64,000 nt of DNA from an uncultured Bacillota bacterium (GCA_963804645.1 CAWDRG010000009.1:640001-704000); one strand, 5' to 3'; numbered from the stretch's first letter, positions 1 to 10,137 are shown. The notes: a model not told the origin generated them from the letters alone. Program-made: numbers and translations.

Positions 1-364
1 CGCCCTCCAGCGCGACGAGCACCGCGATCTTGCCGGCGCCGTTGATCCGGCGGAGCTCCGCGGCCGAGCCGGCGATCTCGATCGCGTCCCGGTTCTCCTC
101 GATCTCCGTCAGGAGGCCGTCAAGGACCCACAGTGCGTGCCGCAGCGCCCCTTCCGGGACGTACACGCTGGGCGTGAAGATCGCGCCGACCACGGCGCTC
201 ACGCCGCCGGCGCGAAACTGCGGCAGCCAATACGTCCGCAGCGAATCGTAGACGCCGTCGAATCGCTGCTTGGCCATGATGATGGGGAAGTCGTCGTGGC
301 CGTTGATGATGCCGATCCGGCGCGTGAGTTCCGCGTCGGCGTCGGTGAAGTGGCGATCGGTCAT
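1..364 (-). CDS. Membrane dipeptidase (peptidase M19) family, N-terminal part, runs off the window
   Basis: Manual translation from ATG 364: MTDRHFTD...IINGHDDF...RAGGVSAVVGAIF...GKIAVLVALEG; HxD and LxxEG motifs of M19; GAGGAG upstream. Confidence 0.8.
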   Translation of the reverse strand, partial: MTDRHFTDADAELTRRIGIINGHDDFPIIMAKQRFDGVYDSLRTYWLPQFRAGGVSAVVGAIFTPSVYVPEGALRHALWVLDGLLTEIEENRDAIEIAGSAAELRRINGAGKIAVLVALEG

Positions 365-459
365 GCGCGCTCCTCTGCGTGGTTCCGCCGGTGCCGGGGA
401 AGGACGGGGCACCCCTGCCCCTTTCGAACCCGCCGGGCTAGGTCCTTCAGGCGTTCGCG

Positions 460-519
460 TCCGAGGAGAAGCCGGACGTGACGGCCAAATTCCACGGCAG
501 CCGGTCGGCGCGACCCGGA
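460..519 (+). ncRNA. Candidate yybP-ykoY-like (Mn2+) riboswitch aptamer
   Basis: TCCG-AGGAGAA-GCCG...CCAAATTC...CGGC-GCGACC-CGGA pairing pattern in the leader of a putative metal transporter; judged by eye only. Confidence 0.4.
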
Positions 520-545
520 ATCGGTCCGGGCGGGGAGGGACGTTC

Positions 546-1298
546 TTGCACAGCGTGCTGCTCGTGATTTCCACGTTCCTGGCATCCGGGGTCGAGTTTG
601 TGGAGGCGCTGACGATCGTGCTTGCCGCCGGGGTGAGCCGGGGCTGGCGGTCGGCCCTGGTCGGCGTCGGTGCGGCGACCCTGTCGCTCGCGGCGCTCGT
701 GGCGGTGTTCGGCCCCGCGCTGACGCTGATCCCGATCGGCGTGCTGCGGTTCGTGGTCGGCGCGCTGCTGCTCGTGTTCGGGCTGCAGTGGCTGCGGAAG
801 GCGATCCTCCGGGCGAGCGGCTACAAGGCGCTGCACGACGAGGAGGCCGCGTTCGGCCGGGAGCTGTCGGCGGCCCGGGCCGCGGCGCCGGTGACGCGCG
901 CCGGGCTCGATTGGTACGCGTTCACGCTCTCGTTCAAGGGCGTGCTGCTCGAGGGCCTCGAGGTTGTGTTCATCGTCGTCACCTTCGGGAGCGCCGAAGG
1001 CGCGCTGCCGCTCGCCATTGCGGGTGCGGCCGCCGCGCTCGTACTGGTCGGCGGCGTCGGGCTCCTCGTGCACCGTCCGCTGAGCGCCGTCCCGGAGAAC
1101 TCGATGAAATTCGCGGTCGGGCTCCTGCTCTCGACGTTCGGGACGTTCTGGTCGGCCGAGGGCGCGGGTGCCGACTGGCCCGGCGGCGACGCCGCGATCC
1201 TGGCCATCGTGGTGTTCTACGGCGCGGTCTCGTTCGGCCTCGTGACGCTGCTGCGGCAGCGGCGCGTTTCGGCGGCCGCCGTCGGCGGGGGAGACTGA
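546..1298 (+). CDS. COG4280-like membrane protein, putative metal transporter
   Basis: Multiple hydrophobic helices with two ExxE motifs (VEFVEA, LLEGLEV); TTG start after GGGGAGG, downstream of the ORF-track start. Confidence 0.75.
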   Translation: MHSVLLVISTFLASGVEFVEALTIVLAAGVSRGWRSALVGVGAATLSLAALVAVFGPALTLIPIGVLRFVVGALLLVFGLQWLRKAILRASGYKALHDEEAAFGRELSAARAAAPVTRAGLDWYAFTLSFKGVLLEGLEVVFIVVTFGSAEGALPLAIAGAAAALVLVGGVGLLVHRPLSAVPENSMKFAVGLLLSTFGTFWSAEGAGADWPGGDAAILAIVVFYGAVSFGLVTLLRQRRVSAAAVGGGD

Positions 1299-1299
1299 G

Positions 1300-1503
1300 G
1301 TGGGCGCCGTCGCGGGGTTCTTCCGGTTCTGGTACGATTTCATCGTCGGTGACGATTGGACCGTGGCCGCCGGGGTGATCGCGGCGCTCGTCGTCATCGC
1401 ATGGCTGGCGCGCGCGCGCGTGCCGTCGTGGTGGCTGCTCCCGCTCGCGGTCGTGCTGCTTCTGTTCGCGTCGCTGCGCCGGGCCACTCGGGAGACCGGG
1501 TAG
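1300..1503 (+). CDS. Small membrane protein
   Basis: 67 aa, two hydrophobic segments, FWYDFIVGDDW N-terminus, starts 1 nt after the upstream stop. Confidence 0.7.
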   Translation: MGAVAGFFRFWYDFIVGDDWTVAAGVIAALVVIAWLARARVPSWWLLPLAVVLLLFASLRRATRETG

Positions 1504-2038
1504 CGCGTTCAGTCGGGCACGCCGTCTCGCGGGGACTGAGGTGCGGCGGGCGGCCGCGACGGGTCCGCCGACGCCGCGTTCCCGCCGGTCCGGTCCAGGA
1601 GCAGCGCCAAGAGGGTCCCACTGGGTACAACCTGTGGATATCTGTGAGTCTTAACAGTTTCTTTTGTATTCATTCATTGTAGGTCGGACCCACTGCCCCG
1701 TGTCGCCCCGTTGGCGGCGCAAAGCGCCGCGGCCACCCATCGAAGGCGCCGATGTCCGTTCTTCCTCGGCGAGACGCTCATCCAGGCGTGCCGGGTCGCG
1801 ACCAGCGGCGGGCTCGGCTGCGGCCGTGCCTTGGGCAGCGGGCCGTGACGAACTGTGAGCGCAGGGCGTCCACACAGGGCCCGCGATCAGCGCGGCGCTT
1901 GACGACGTCGCGACGGGCGGTCGATACTGAGCGAAGGTCGTTCCTGACACTCCGTCGCCGGGGACGCGGCCCGACAGGCTCGGGACGGTTGATCACGGAT
2001 CCGGTCCCACGTGACGGATCTGGAGGCGAGCCGAGGTC

Positions 2039-3307
2039 ATGTGGTCTGCCGATTCCACGCGCGGCCGTGCCGCGCGGTCCATCCTGATCAACGGCCGCAT
2101 CCTGCGGTGGCCTGCGCAGCCCGTGGTCGTCGTCTGCGTCGACGGGTGCGATCCCGCGTATCTCGCCGCCGCACGTGAGGCCGGGGTCGTCCCGACGCTC
2201 GAGCGGATGATGGGCGACGGGTTCGCGGACACCGCGCTCGCGGCGATGCCCACCTTTACGAACCCCAACAACGTGTCGATCGTCTGCGGCGCGCCGCCGT
2301 CGGTGCACGGCGTCTCGGGGAACTACTACCTGGAACGCGAGACCGGGCGGGAGATCATGATGCTCGACGCGAGCCTGCTTCGGGCGCCGACGATCCTGGC
2401 GCGGTTCTCCGAAGCCGGGGCCGCGGTGGTGGCCGTCACCGCGAAGGACAAGCTCAGGCAGGCGCTGGGGCACGGCGTGCGCGGGATCGTCTTCTCCGCC
2501 GAGCGCGCCGACGTGTGCACGGAAGCCGAGCACGGCATCACCGGCGTCGTGGAGCTGGTCGGCCGCAAGGCGCCGGATCCTTACTCCGCGGATCTCTCCT
2601 TGTTCGTACTGGACGCGGGGCTCCGGCTCCTCGAGACGCGGCGGCCGGATCTCATGTACCTCTCGCTGTCAGACTACGTGCAGCACAAGTCGGCCCCCGG
2701 ATCTCCCGAGGCGAACGCGTTCATGCATGCGGTGGACGGCCGGCTGGGCCGCCTCGCCGCGCTGGGGGCGCGCCTCGGCGTGATCGCCGACCACGGCATG
2801 TCCGACATGGCGCTGGCGGACGGGCGGCCGAACGTGCTGTATCTCGGCGACCGGCTGGACGACGCGTTCGGGCACGGGGCCGCGCGCGTGATCTGCCCGA
2901 TCACCGATCCGTTCGTCAGGCACCACGGGGCGCTCGGCGGGTTCGTGCGCGTGTACGTGATGCGCCCCGGGCTCGAGTTAGATGAGGTGCTGCGGTACAT
3001 CCGCGCGCTGCCTGGCGTTGCGCTGGCCCTGGCGCGGGAGGCAGCGTGCGCGGAGTTCGATCTGCCGGTGGATCGCGAAGCCGACATCGTGGTGGTGGGC
3101 GAGCGGGGACGCGCGCTCGGCTCGCGCGCGGCGGAGCACGATCTGTCGGGGCTCGTCGGAGAGCGTCTCCGCTCGCACGGGGGCCTCGCCGAGCAGCCGG
3201 TGCCCTTCATCCTCTCGCGGCCGCTGACCCGCGCCGGCGCGGCGCGGGCGGCGCGGAGCCTCCGCAACTACGAGATCTTCGAGTACGCCCTCAACGAGTG
3301 TGAGTGA
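2039..3307 (+). CDS. phnA: Phosphonoacetate hydrolase (alkaline phosphatase superfamily)
   Basis: CVDGC, PTFTNPNN, DYVQH, ADHGM, VICPITDP and LRSHGG motifs. Confidence 0.88.
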   Translation: MWSADSTRGRAARSILINGRILRWPAQPVVVVCVDGCDPAYLAAAREAGVVPTLERMMGDGFADTALAAMPTFTNPNNVSIVCGAPPSVHGVSGNYYLERETGREIMMLDASLLRAPTILARFSEAGAAVVAVTAKDKLRQALGHGVRGIVFSAERADVCTEAEHGITGVVELVGRKAPDPYSADLSLFVLDAGLRLLETRRPDLMYLSLSDYVQHKSAPGSPEANAFMHAVDGRLGRLAALGARLGVIADHGMSDMALADGRPNVLYLGDRLDDAFGHGAARVICPITDPFVRHHGALGGFVRVYVMRPGLELDEVLRYIRALPGVALALAREAACAEFDLPVDREADIVVVGERGRALGSRAAEHDLSGLVGERLRSHGGLAEQPVPFILSRPLTRAGAARAARSLRNYEIFEYALNECE

Positions 3308-4547
3308 CTGTGCTGGCGGGCTCGTACGCGAGCCCGTCCTTCATCACGACCTTGAGCCGAGCGGGATCGGCGACAATTGAGATGTCGGCCAGCGGGTCGC
3401 CGTCGAGGAGGAGCAGGTCGGCCCGGCGTCCGACTTCCAGCGTGCCGATCTGATCGTCCATCGCGAGCAGGCGCGCGGCGTCCCGGGTGGACGCGACGAT
3501 CGACTGCATCGGGGTCATGCCCGCCTCGACCATGTAGACGAGTTCGCGCGCGTTCTGTCCGTGGCCGAGCGCGCCGGCGTCCGTGCCCATCGCGATCGGC
3601 ACGCCCAGCTCGAGCGCCCGGCGAAATCCCACGCGCTTCTTCTCCAACATCGTGGGCACGCGCGCGGCGGTGTACGCCGGGACCGAGGTCGGATCCCGGC
3701 GGATCCGCTCCACCATGCGTTGCGTCACGCTGAGCGTCGGCACCATCCAGATGCGCCGGCGGGCCATCTCCTCGAGCTGGAGGTCGCTCGCGAGGCTGCC
3801 GTGCTCGATCGTGTCCACGCCGGCCGCGAGGCACATGTCGAGGCTCTCGCCGCCGTGCGCGTGCGCCATCACCCGGACGCCCTTGGCGTGCGCCTCGTCG
3901 ACGATCGTCCGGACCTCGTCGAGGCAGAACTGCCGCGTCGTGTACCCGCCCCGGGGGGAGCCCCCGCCGCCGTTCGTCGCGATCTTGATCCAGTCGGCGC
4001 CGAGCCGGAGGACTTCGCGGACCTTGCGGCGCGCGCCGTCGACGCCATCCGCGGTCGCGTCCGGAATCCCCGGCAGGCGCGGGAAGTCCGTCGACAAACC
4101 GGCCGGCTGCGTGAGGTCGCCGTGGCCGCCCGTCTGGGAGATGATCACGAGGCTGATCAGGAGGCGCGGCCCGGCCACGATCCCCTGCTCGACCGCCATC
4201 TTGACGCCGAGGTCGACCCCCGCCGCGTCCCTGAGCGTCGTGACGCCGGCGCGCAGCGTGTCCTCCATCCAGCGGCCGACCTGCAGCACCGCGAGCGACG
4301 GCGCCAGCTGGAACCGCCGCTTGAGGTCGAGGCCGAAGTGCGCGACGTGATCGTGGCAGTCGATGAGGCCCGGCATCGCCGTGAGGCCGCGGCCGCCGTA
4401 GACGGCGGCGCCGGGAGGCGCGGCGTCCCCGGTCGCGGCCGGGTGCAGGTCGACGATGCGGCCGTCCTCGATCACGATCGCGGTTTCGCCGCGCGGGGGC
4501 GCGCCGGTGCCGTCGATCAGCCGGCCGGCCGTGACGACGGTCCGCAT
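3291..4547 (-). CDS. Metal-dependent amidohydrolase (prolidase-like)
   Basis: PGLIDCHDH, GADWIK, AHAHG, IEHG, MGTDAG motifs. Confidence 0.9.
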   Translation of the reverse strand: MRTVVTAGRLIDGTGAPPRGETAIVIEDGRIVDLHPAATGDAAPPGAAVYGGRGLTAMPGLIDCHDHVAHFGLDLKRRFQLAPSLAVLQVGRWMEDTLRAGVTTLRDAAGVDLGVKMAVEQGIVAGPRLLISLVIISQTGGHGDLTQPAGLSTDFPRLPGIPDATADGVDGARRKVREVLRLGADWIKIATNGGGGSPRGGYTTRQFCLDEVRTIVDEAHAKGVRVMAHAHGGESLDMCLAAGVDTIEHGSLASDLQLEEMARRRIWMVPTLSVTQRMVERIRRDPTSVPAYTAARVPTMLEKKRVGFRRALELGVPIAMGTDAGALGHGQNARELVYMVEAGMTPMQSIVASTRDAARLLAMDDQIGTLEVGRRADLLLLDGDPLADISIVADPARLKVVMKDGLAYEPASTVTHTR

Positions 4548-4554
4548 CGCGCGG

Positions 4555-5373
4555 CTATCCCCGGGCCGGCGACCGGCGGGCCTGCTGCTCCTGGCTCAGG
4601 CGCAGGAACGCCGGCACGAACTCCCGCGCGTACGCGACCATGCCGTCGAGGATCTTGCGGCCACGTTCCTCCGTGGCGACGGTCCAGTCGCCGCTCGCGC
4701 CGCTCGGCAGCACGTCCGAGGCCTCGTTGAACAGGCCGATCGTAAACCCCTTGAACGCGCCGGCGCGGAACGACGTGGCCGAGATCGGCCCCGCGGTCTT
4801 GACGTACCCGCGCGTCTCCGCATGGCCGTCCCGCGTGACGGCCTCCGGGTGGAGGCCCATCATCACCGAGATCGTCGGCTCGCCTCCGTGCCCGAACACC
4901 TTCGCGGCGTCGGGGATCACGTCGCGGCCCACGTGCTCCGCGAGCCGCCACGGGTACAGGATGCCGAGGACGATGCCGTGCTGCCGCCGCACCTCGACCG
5001 CGACCGGCTCGATCGCGGCCTCGTTCGGGCCGTGGTTGTTGACGATCAGGATGTGCCGGAACCCGTGCCCGATGTACCCGAACACGACGTCCCGCACGAG
5101 CGCCTGCAGCGTCTCGAGCCGCAGCGTGATCGTCCCCGGGAACGCGGTGTACGGCGTGTATCCGAACCAGAGCGGCGGCGCGACGTACACGTGCTCGAGG
5201 CCTTCCGCGGTCCGGTGGCACACGTACTCGGCGAGGATCGTGTCGGCGCCGACGTAGCCGGCCGGGCCGTGCTGCTCGACGCACCCGATCGGCAGCATCA
5301 GCACGGAGCGGTCCTTCGGGATCGCGCCGATCTCCTTGTAGCTCATGAGCGCGAGGCTCGACTTGCGCGCCAT
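4555..5373 (-). CDS. Creatininase family protein
   Basis: LPIGCVEQHG, GADT, VNNHGPN, GHGGE motifs. Confidence 0.88.
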   Translation of the reverse strand: MARKSSLALMSYKEIGAIPKDRSVLMLPIGCVEQHGPAGYVGADTILAEYVCHRTAEGLEHVYVAPPLWFGYTPYTAFPGTITLRLETLQALVRDVVFGYIGHGFRHILIVNNHGPNEAAIEPVAVEVRRQHGIVLGILYPWRLAEHVGRDVIPDAAKVFGHGGEPTISVMMGLHPEAVTRDGHAETRGYVKTAGPISATSFRAGAFKGFTIGLFNEASDVLPSGASGDWTVATEERGRKILDGMVAYAREFVPAFLRLSQEQQARRSPARG

Positions 5374-5374
5374 C

Positions 5375-6655
5375 TCACATCCTCCTGTGCGAGAGACCGG
5401 GAGCGGCCTGCCGCGGCGATTTGTAGACGATGCCGTCCTTCATCACGAGCTTGACGCGGGCGGGATCCGCGACCACGGAGATGTCCGCCAGCGGGTCGCC
5501 GTCGACCAGGATCAAGTCGGCCAGCTTGCCGGCCTCGACCGTGCCGAGCGCGTCCCGCAGCCCGAGCAGCTCGGCCGCGGACTTCGTGCTGGCCACGACG
5601 GCCTGCATCGGCGTCATCCCGGCCTGGACCATGTAGACCAGTTCCTTGCCGTTCTCGCCGTGGCCGAGGGCGCCCGCGTCGGTGCCCATCGCGATCTTGA
5701 CGCCGTGCTCGAGCGCGTACTTGAAGTTCCGGCGCTGCGTGTCGAAGACGAGCGGCAGCTTGGCGGCCACGTACGCCGGCAGCGACTGCGGGTCGGCGTC
5801 CAGGTGCTCCTTCATCCGCTGCGTGACGCTGAGCGTCGGCACGAGCCAGATGCCCTGGCGGGCCATGCGGGCGATGTCGGCCTCCTCGGCGACCGCGGCG
5901 TGCTCGATCGAGTCGACCTGCGCCTCCAGGCAGAGCTTGATCCCGTCGCCGCCGTGCGCGTGCACCATCACGCCCTTGCCGGCCGCGTGGGCCTCGTCCA
6001 CCATCGCGCGCAGCTCCTCGAGCGTGAACTGCCGGATCGCGGGCCCGCCCCGGGGGTTGCCGACGCCGCCGGTGGTGGCGATCTTGATCCAGTCGGCGCC
6101 GAGCCGGAGGACCTCGCGGACTTTCTTGCGGCACTCGTCGGGCCCGTCGGCGATGCCGTCCGGCACGCCGGGCAGCCTGGGGAAATCCGACGTGAGCCCG
6201 CACGGCTGGATGAGATCGCCGTGTCCCCCGGTCTGGGTGATGATCACGAGGCTGATGAACAGGCGCGGCCCGGCGATGATGCCCTGGTCGATCGCCATCT
6301 TCAGGCCAAGGTCCGCGCCCGCGGCATCCCGAAACGACGTGATCCCGGCGAGCAGCGTCTCGGTCGCCCAGCGGCCGACCTGCAGGACGGCGAGGCTCTG
6401 CGGCGTGTTGAACCGGCGCCGGAGGTCGTGCCCGAAGTGCGCGATGTGGTCGTGAGTGTCGATCAGGCCCGGCATCAGGGTGAGGTCCGGGTGCTCGTAC
6501 ACCGCCACCCGATCGCCCACCGTGCCCAGCTGGGACGCGGGCCGCACCTCGGCGATGCGGGCGCCCTCGACGACGACCGCCACGTCGCGGCGCGCGTCGC
6601 TGCCGGTGCCGTCGATCAGCCGCCCGGCCTTGATGATGCTCGTGGATGCTGCCAC
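5375..6655 (-). CDS. Metal-dependent amidohydrolase, paralogue of 3291-4547
   Basis: PGLIDTHDH, GADWIK, VHAHG, MGTDAG; GTG start at 6655 after AGGAG (ORF-track extension overlaps the next gene). Confidence 0.9.
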   Translation of the reverse strand: MAASTSIIKAGRLIDGTGSDARRDVAVVVEGARIAEVRPASQLGTVGDRVAVYEHPDLTLMPGLIDTHDHIAHFGHDLRRRFNTPQSLAVLQVGRWATETLLAGITSFRDAAGADLGLKMAIDQGIIAGPRLFISLVIITQTGGHGDLIQPCGLTSDFPRLPGVPDGIADGPDECRKKVREVLRLGADWIKIATTGGVGNPRGGPAIRQFTLEELRAMVDEAHAAGKGVMVHAHGGDGIKLCLEAQVDSIEHAAVAEEADIARMARQGIWLVPTLSVTQRMKEHLDADPQSLPAYVAAKLPLVFDTQRRNFKYALEHGVKIAMGTDAGALGHGENGKELVYMVQAGMTPMQAVVASTKSAAELLGLRDALGTVEAGKLADLILVDGDPLADISVVADPARVKLVMKDGIVYKSPRQAAPGLSHRRM

Positions 6656-6687
6656 GGATGCTCCTGTTCTGCGCGCCGTCCGGCGCG

Positions 6688-7767
6688 CTACGGCAGGCTC
6701 TTCCCGAGCCGGTTGATGAGGGTCTCGAGCTCGGCGAAGTTGTGCCAGCCGAGCTCTCGGTCGTGGTCCTCGATCTCGTAGATCATCCGGTGGAGCGTCG
6801 CGTTGAGCGGCACCGGGACGCCGACCTGCGCCGCTTTGTCTTCCAGGGGGCCGTGGCCCCACCGGACCTCCGACTTGCGCTTGCGGTAGACCAGGTCCCA
6901 GTGGATGCCGGACCCCTGCTTGACGTAGGTGTGGGTGCCGGCCCGCTGGTGCTCGATGGCGAACCGCGCCTGCTTTTCGACGGTGGCCCGGATCCACGCG
7001 AACAGCCGCTCCGTGTCCGCGTGGGTCTCGGGGAAGTACAGCGCCGGCTCGAAGAACGGGCCGCCGGGGACGTCGATGCCGTGCGCGCGCGCCACCTCCA
7101 GCGACTCCCGCACGAGCGGTCCGGTCACGCGCTGCGCGCGCGGGTCGGCGAGGACGACGTGATACGGGAGGTTTACGAGCGCGCTCGCGACGGTCTGCGA
7201 GCCGAAGCACGTCTTCGCCCAGATCCGCGCCGTGATGTCGGTGAGCAGGTGGCACTCCGCCATCTTCGAGAGTAGGCGGTGGACCGCTTCCGCGCGGGGC
7301 GTGATGCGGCCGTCGAGCTCGCCGACGTACACTGGTCCTTCGATCACGAACTCGAGATGGCCCGGGTCGACGTACGCCCCGCCGTAGTCCGGCAGGGCCC
7401 CGAGGGTGCGGTCCGCGCCGACCGCGGCGGCGATCACGTCCTCGTTCACCAGGCCGTTCTGCAGCGAGACGATGAAGCCGTCCGGCCGGAGCAGATGCCG
7501 GATCCCGTCCACCGCCTCGCGGGTGTGCTGGGACTTTACCGCGAGCAGCACGCACTCGAGCGGGTCGGTGAGCTCGTCCGGGGTGTACGCGCGCTGGGGC
7601 CCGAGGCGGTGGACGCCCCGCCCGCCGTCGATCCGGAGGCCCGTCGTCCGGAGCGCCTCGACGTGCTCGCGGTTGGCATCGACGAACGTGACGTCCTCAC
7701 CGCCCATCGACAGCCAGGCGCCCGTCAGGCCGCCGATCGCTCCCGCTCCGACGATCGTGATCCGCAT
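6688..7767 (-). CDS. Ketopantoate reductase-like oxidoreductase
   Basis: GAGAIGG Rossmann motif, AVKS, SLQNG, IWAK. Confidence 0.85.
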   Translation of the reverse strand: MRITIVGAGAIGGLTGAWLSMGGEDVTFVDANREHVEALRTTGLRIDGGRGVHRLGPQRAYTPDELTDPLECVLLAVKSQHTREAVDGIRHLLRPDGFIVSLQNGLVNEDVIAAAVGADRTLGALPDYGGAYVDPGHLEFVIEGPVYVGELDGRITPRAEAVHRLLSKMAECHLLTDITARIWAKTCFGSQTVASALVNLPYHVVLADPRAQRVTGPLVRESLEVARAHGIDVPGGPFFEPALYFPETHADTERLFAWIRATVEKQARFAIEHQRAGTHTYVKQGSGIHWDLVYRKRKSEVRWGHGPLEDKAAQVGVPVPLNATLHRMIYEIEDHDRELGWHNFAELETLINRLGKSLP

Positions 7768-7792
7768 GCGCCGGCCCTGGGCGCGGCGCGCC

Positions 7793-8872
7793 CTACGGGT
7801 ACTCCTTGCCGAGCGTGCGGATCAGCGCGCGCAGCTCGTCGAAGTTGTGCCAGCCGAGCTCGCGGCGGTGATCTTCGATCTCGTAGATCATCTGGTGGAG
7901 CTTGGCGTTGAGCGGCACCGGGACGCCGACCTCCCGGGCCTTGTCCTCGAGCGGGCCGTGGCTCCACTGCACCTCCGACTTGCGCTTCCGGTAGACGATG
8001 TCCCAGTGGATGCCCGAGCCCTTCTTCACGTACTTGTGGCCGCCGGGCTGCTGCTCCTGGCGCCGGTAGGCGCTCTGCTTCGCCTGCGCGTCATCCATAA
8101 ACGTGAACAGGCGCTGCGTGTCCGCGGCCGTCTGGGGCGCGTAGAGCGCCGGCTCGAAGAACGGGCCGCCGGGGACTGTCACGCCGTGCGCGGCCGCCAC
8201 CTCGAGCGCCTCGCGGACGAGGGGCCCGACGACCCGGCGGGCGCGCTCCTGCCCGACCACGACGTACGAGGGAGCGTCCACGAGCGCGCTCGCGACGATC
8301 TGCGCCCCGAAGCAGGTCTTCGCCCAGATGCGCGCGGTGATGTCGGTCAAGAGCTCCGCCGCCGCGACGTGCGAGAGGAGCCGGTGCACCTCCCGGACGC
8401 GCGGGGTCAGGCGGCCGTCGAGCTCGCCGACGTACACCGGCCCCTCGATTACGAATTCGAGGTGTCCCGGGTCGACGTACGCGCCGCCGTAGTCCGGCAG
8501 CGCCCCGATGGTGCGCGCCCGGCCGATCACGGACGCGATCACGTCCTCGTTCGCGAGGCCGTTCTGGAGCGAGACGACGAAGCTCTCGGGGCGCAGCAGG
8601 TGCTTGATCCCCTCGACGGCCTCGCGCGTGTGCTGTGACTTCACCGACAGAAAGACGCACTCGAGCGGGTCGCGGAGCTCGTCCGGCGTGTACGCCCGCT
8701 GGGGTCCGAGCCGCTGATCCCCCCGCCCCCCGTCGATCAGGAGGCCCTGCGTGCGCAGGTGCTCGACGTGCTCGCGGTTGGTGTCGACGAACGTCACGTC
8801 CTCGCCGGCCATCGACATCCACGCGCCCGCGATGCCCCCGATCGCGCCCGCCCCTACGATCGTGATGCGCAT
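7793..8872 (-). CDS. Ketopantoate reductase-like oxidoreductase, tandem paralogue
   Basis: MRITIVGAGAIGG start at 8872 after GGAGG; colinear with 6688-7767. Confidence 0.85.
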   Translation of the reverse strand: MRITIVGAGAIGGIAGAWMSMAGEDVTFVDTNREHVEHLRTQGLLIDGGRGDQRLGPQRAYTPDELRDPLECVFLSVKSQHTREAVEGIKHLLRPESFVVSLQNGLANEDVIASVIGRARTIGALPDYGGAYVDPGHLEFVIEGPVYVGELDGRLTPRVREVHRLLSHVAAAELLTDITARIWAKTCFGAQIVASALVDAPSYVVVGQERARRVVGPLVREALEVAAAHGVTVPGGPFFEPALYAPQTAADTQRLFTFMDDAQAKQSAYRRQEQQPGGHKYVKKGSGIHWDIVYRKRKSEVQWSHGPLEDKAREVGVPVPLNAKLHQMIYEIEDHRRELGWHNFDELRALIRTLGKEYP

Positions 8873-9195
8873 CGTCGTCCCTCCGGTGTGCGCGGTGACG
8901 CTGCGTGGGGATGCGGCGAGCGGCGCCTCGACCGCGCCGCGCAGACCGCACCGACGGCTACTTCTCGCCCGCCGGGCGCCAATACCTCTCGCCGGGGCGG
9001 GGAGGAGATCCGGGACGGTGACCAGAAGCACGCGTGCCAGTACGCGGCGGGCTCGACGCGGCACGGGTGGGGCGTGGACACGGTCACCGCCGGCGCAGAC
9101 GCGCGGCCGTCTCTGGAGGCGGGGCTGAGCGTGGTCGGCGGGGGGGTGCTCGGGATCGTCGCGCGGCCGGCCGGGGCGCCGTGGCGGGACCCGTC

Positions 9196-10137
9196 GTGAC
9201 CGTGTTCGTGCTGCGCCGGACGATCGGGCTCATCCCGCTCCTTGTCGGCGTGTCGATCATCCTCTTCTGTCTCCTGCAGTCGATCCCCGGCGGGCCGATC
9301 GCGGTCTACCTCGATAATCCCTACATCACCGCCAAGGATATCGCGCTGCTCCGCCACCAGTTCGGGCTCGATCAGCCGCTCTACGTCCAGTACTTGCGAT
9401 GGTTCGGCGCGTACGCGGCCGGGCACTGGGGCGTCAGCTACGCGTCGGGGCAGCCGGTCGCCATGCTGATCGCGGGCCGGGTGCCGGCGACGCTCCTGCT
9501 GATGGGCACCTCGTTTGCGCTGGCGCTCGCGTTCGCGCTGACGGCCGGGGTCTACAGCGCGCTCCGGCAGTACTCGGCGGCGGACTACGGGATCACCGTG
9601 GTGGCGTTCCTCGGGATCTCGATGCCGGTGTTTTGGTTCGGCCTGATGCTCCAGCTGGTGTTCGCGGTGCACTTCGGCTGGCTGCCCGTGGCCGGGTTTG
9701 GCGGCGGCAGCTGGGTCGACACCGTGCGGCACCTGGTGCTGCCCAGCGCGGCCCTCGCGATGTTCACGGCCGGGCGGTGGAGCCGGTACACGCGGGCCGG
9801 GGTGCTCGACGTGCTGCGCCAGGACTACATCCGCACGGCGCGCGCGAAAGGCCTGTCGCAGCGGCGGGTCGTCTCCCACCACGCGCTGCGCAACAGCCTG
9901 ATCCCCGTGGTGACGGTCGTCGCCCTGGACCTCGCGGCGCTCGTCTCGGGCGCCGTCGTGACGGAGACCGTGTTCGCGTGGCCGGGGATGGGCAACCTGC
10001 TGATTCAGTCGATCCGGAACGCGGACTACCCGACGCTCTTGGCGATCCTGATGCTCAGCTCGTTCGCGATCGTGGTCGCCAACCTGGCCGCCGACGTGTT
10101 CTACAGCCTGCTCGACCCGCGGATCGTCTACCGATGA
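9196..10137 (+). CDS. Peptide/nickel ABC transporter permease (OppB/DppB-like)
   Basis: FGLDQPLYVQY, DYIRTARAKGL, ETVFAWPGMG, LLDPRI. Confidence 0.92.
   Translation: MTVFVLRRTIGLIPLLVGVSIILFCLLQSIPGGPIAVYLDNPYITAKDIALLRHQFGLDQPLYVQYLRWFGAYAAGHWGVSYASGQPVAMLIAGRVPATLLLMGTSFALALAFALTAGVYSALRQYSAADYGITVVAFLGISMPVFWFGLMLQLVFAVHFGWLPVAGFGGGSWVDTVRHLVLPSAALAMFTAGRWSRYTRAGVLDVLRQDYIRTARAKGLSQRRVVSHHALRNSLIPVVTVVALDLAALVSGAVVTETVFAWPGMGNLLIQSIRNADYPTLLAILMLSSFAIVVANLAADVFYSLLDPRIVYR

Noticed and set aside
9001..9199. Small gene after the GGAGGAG at 9001
   Set aside because: Candidate frames are short, low-complexity and lack recognisable features
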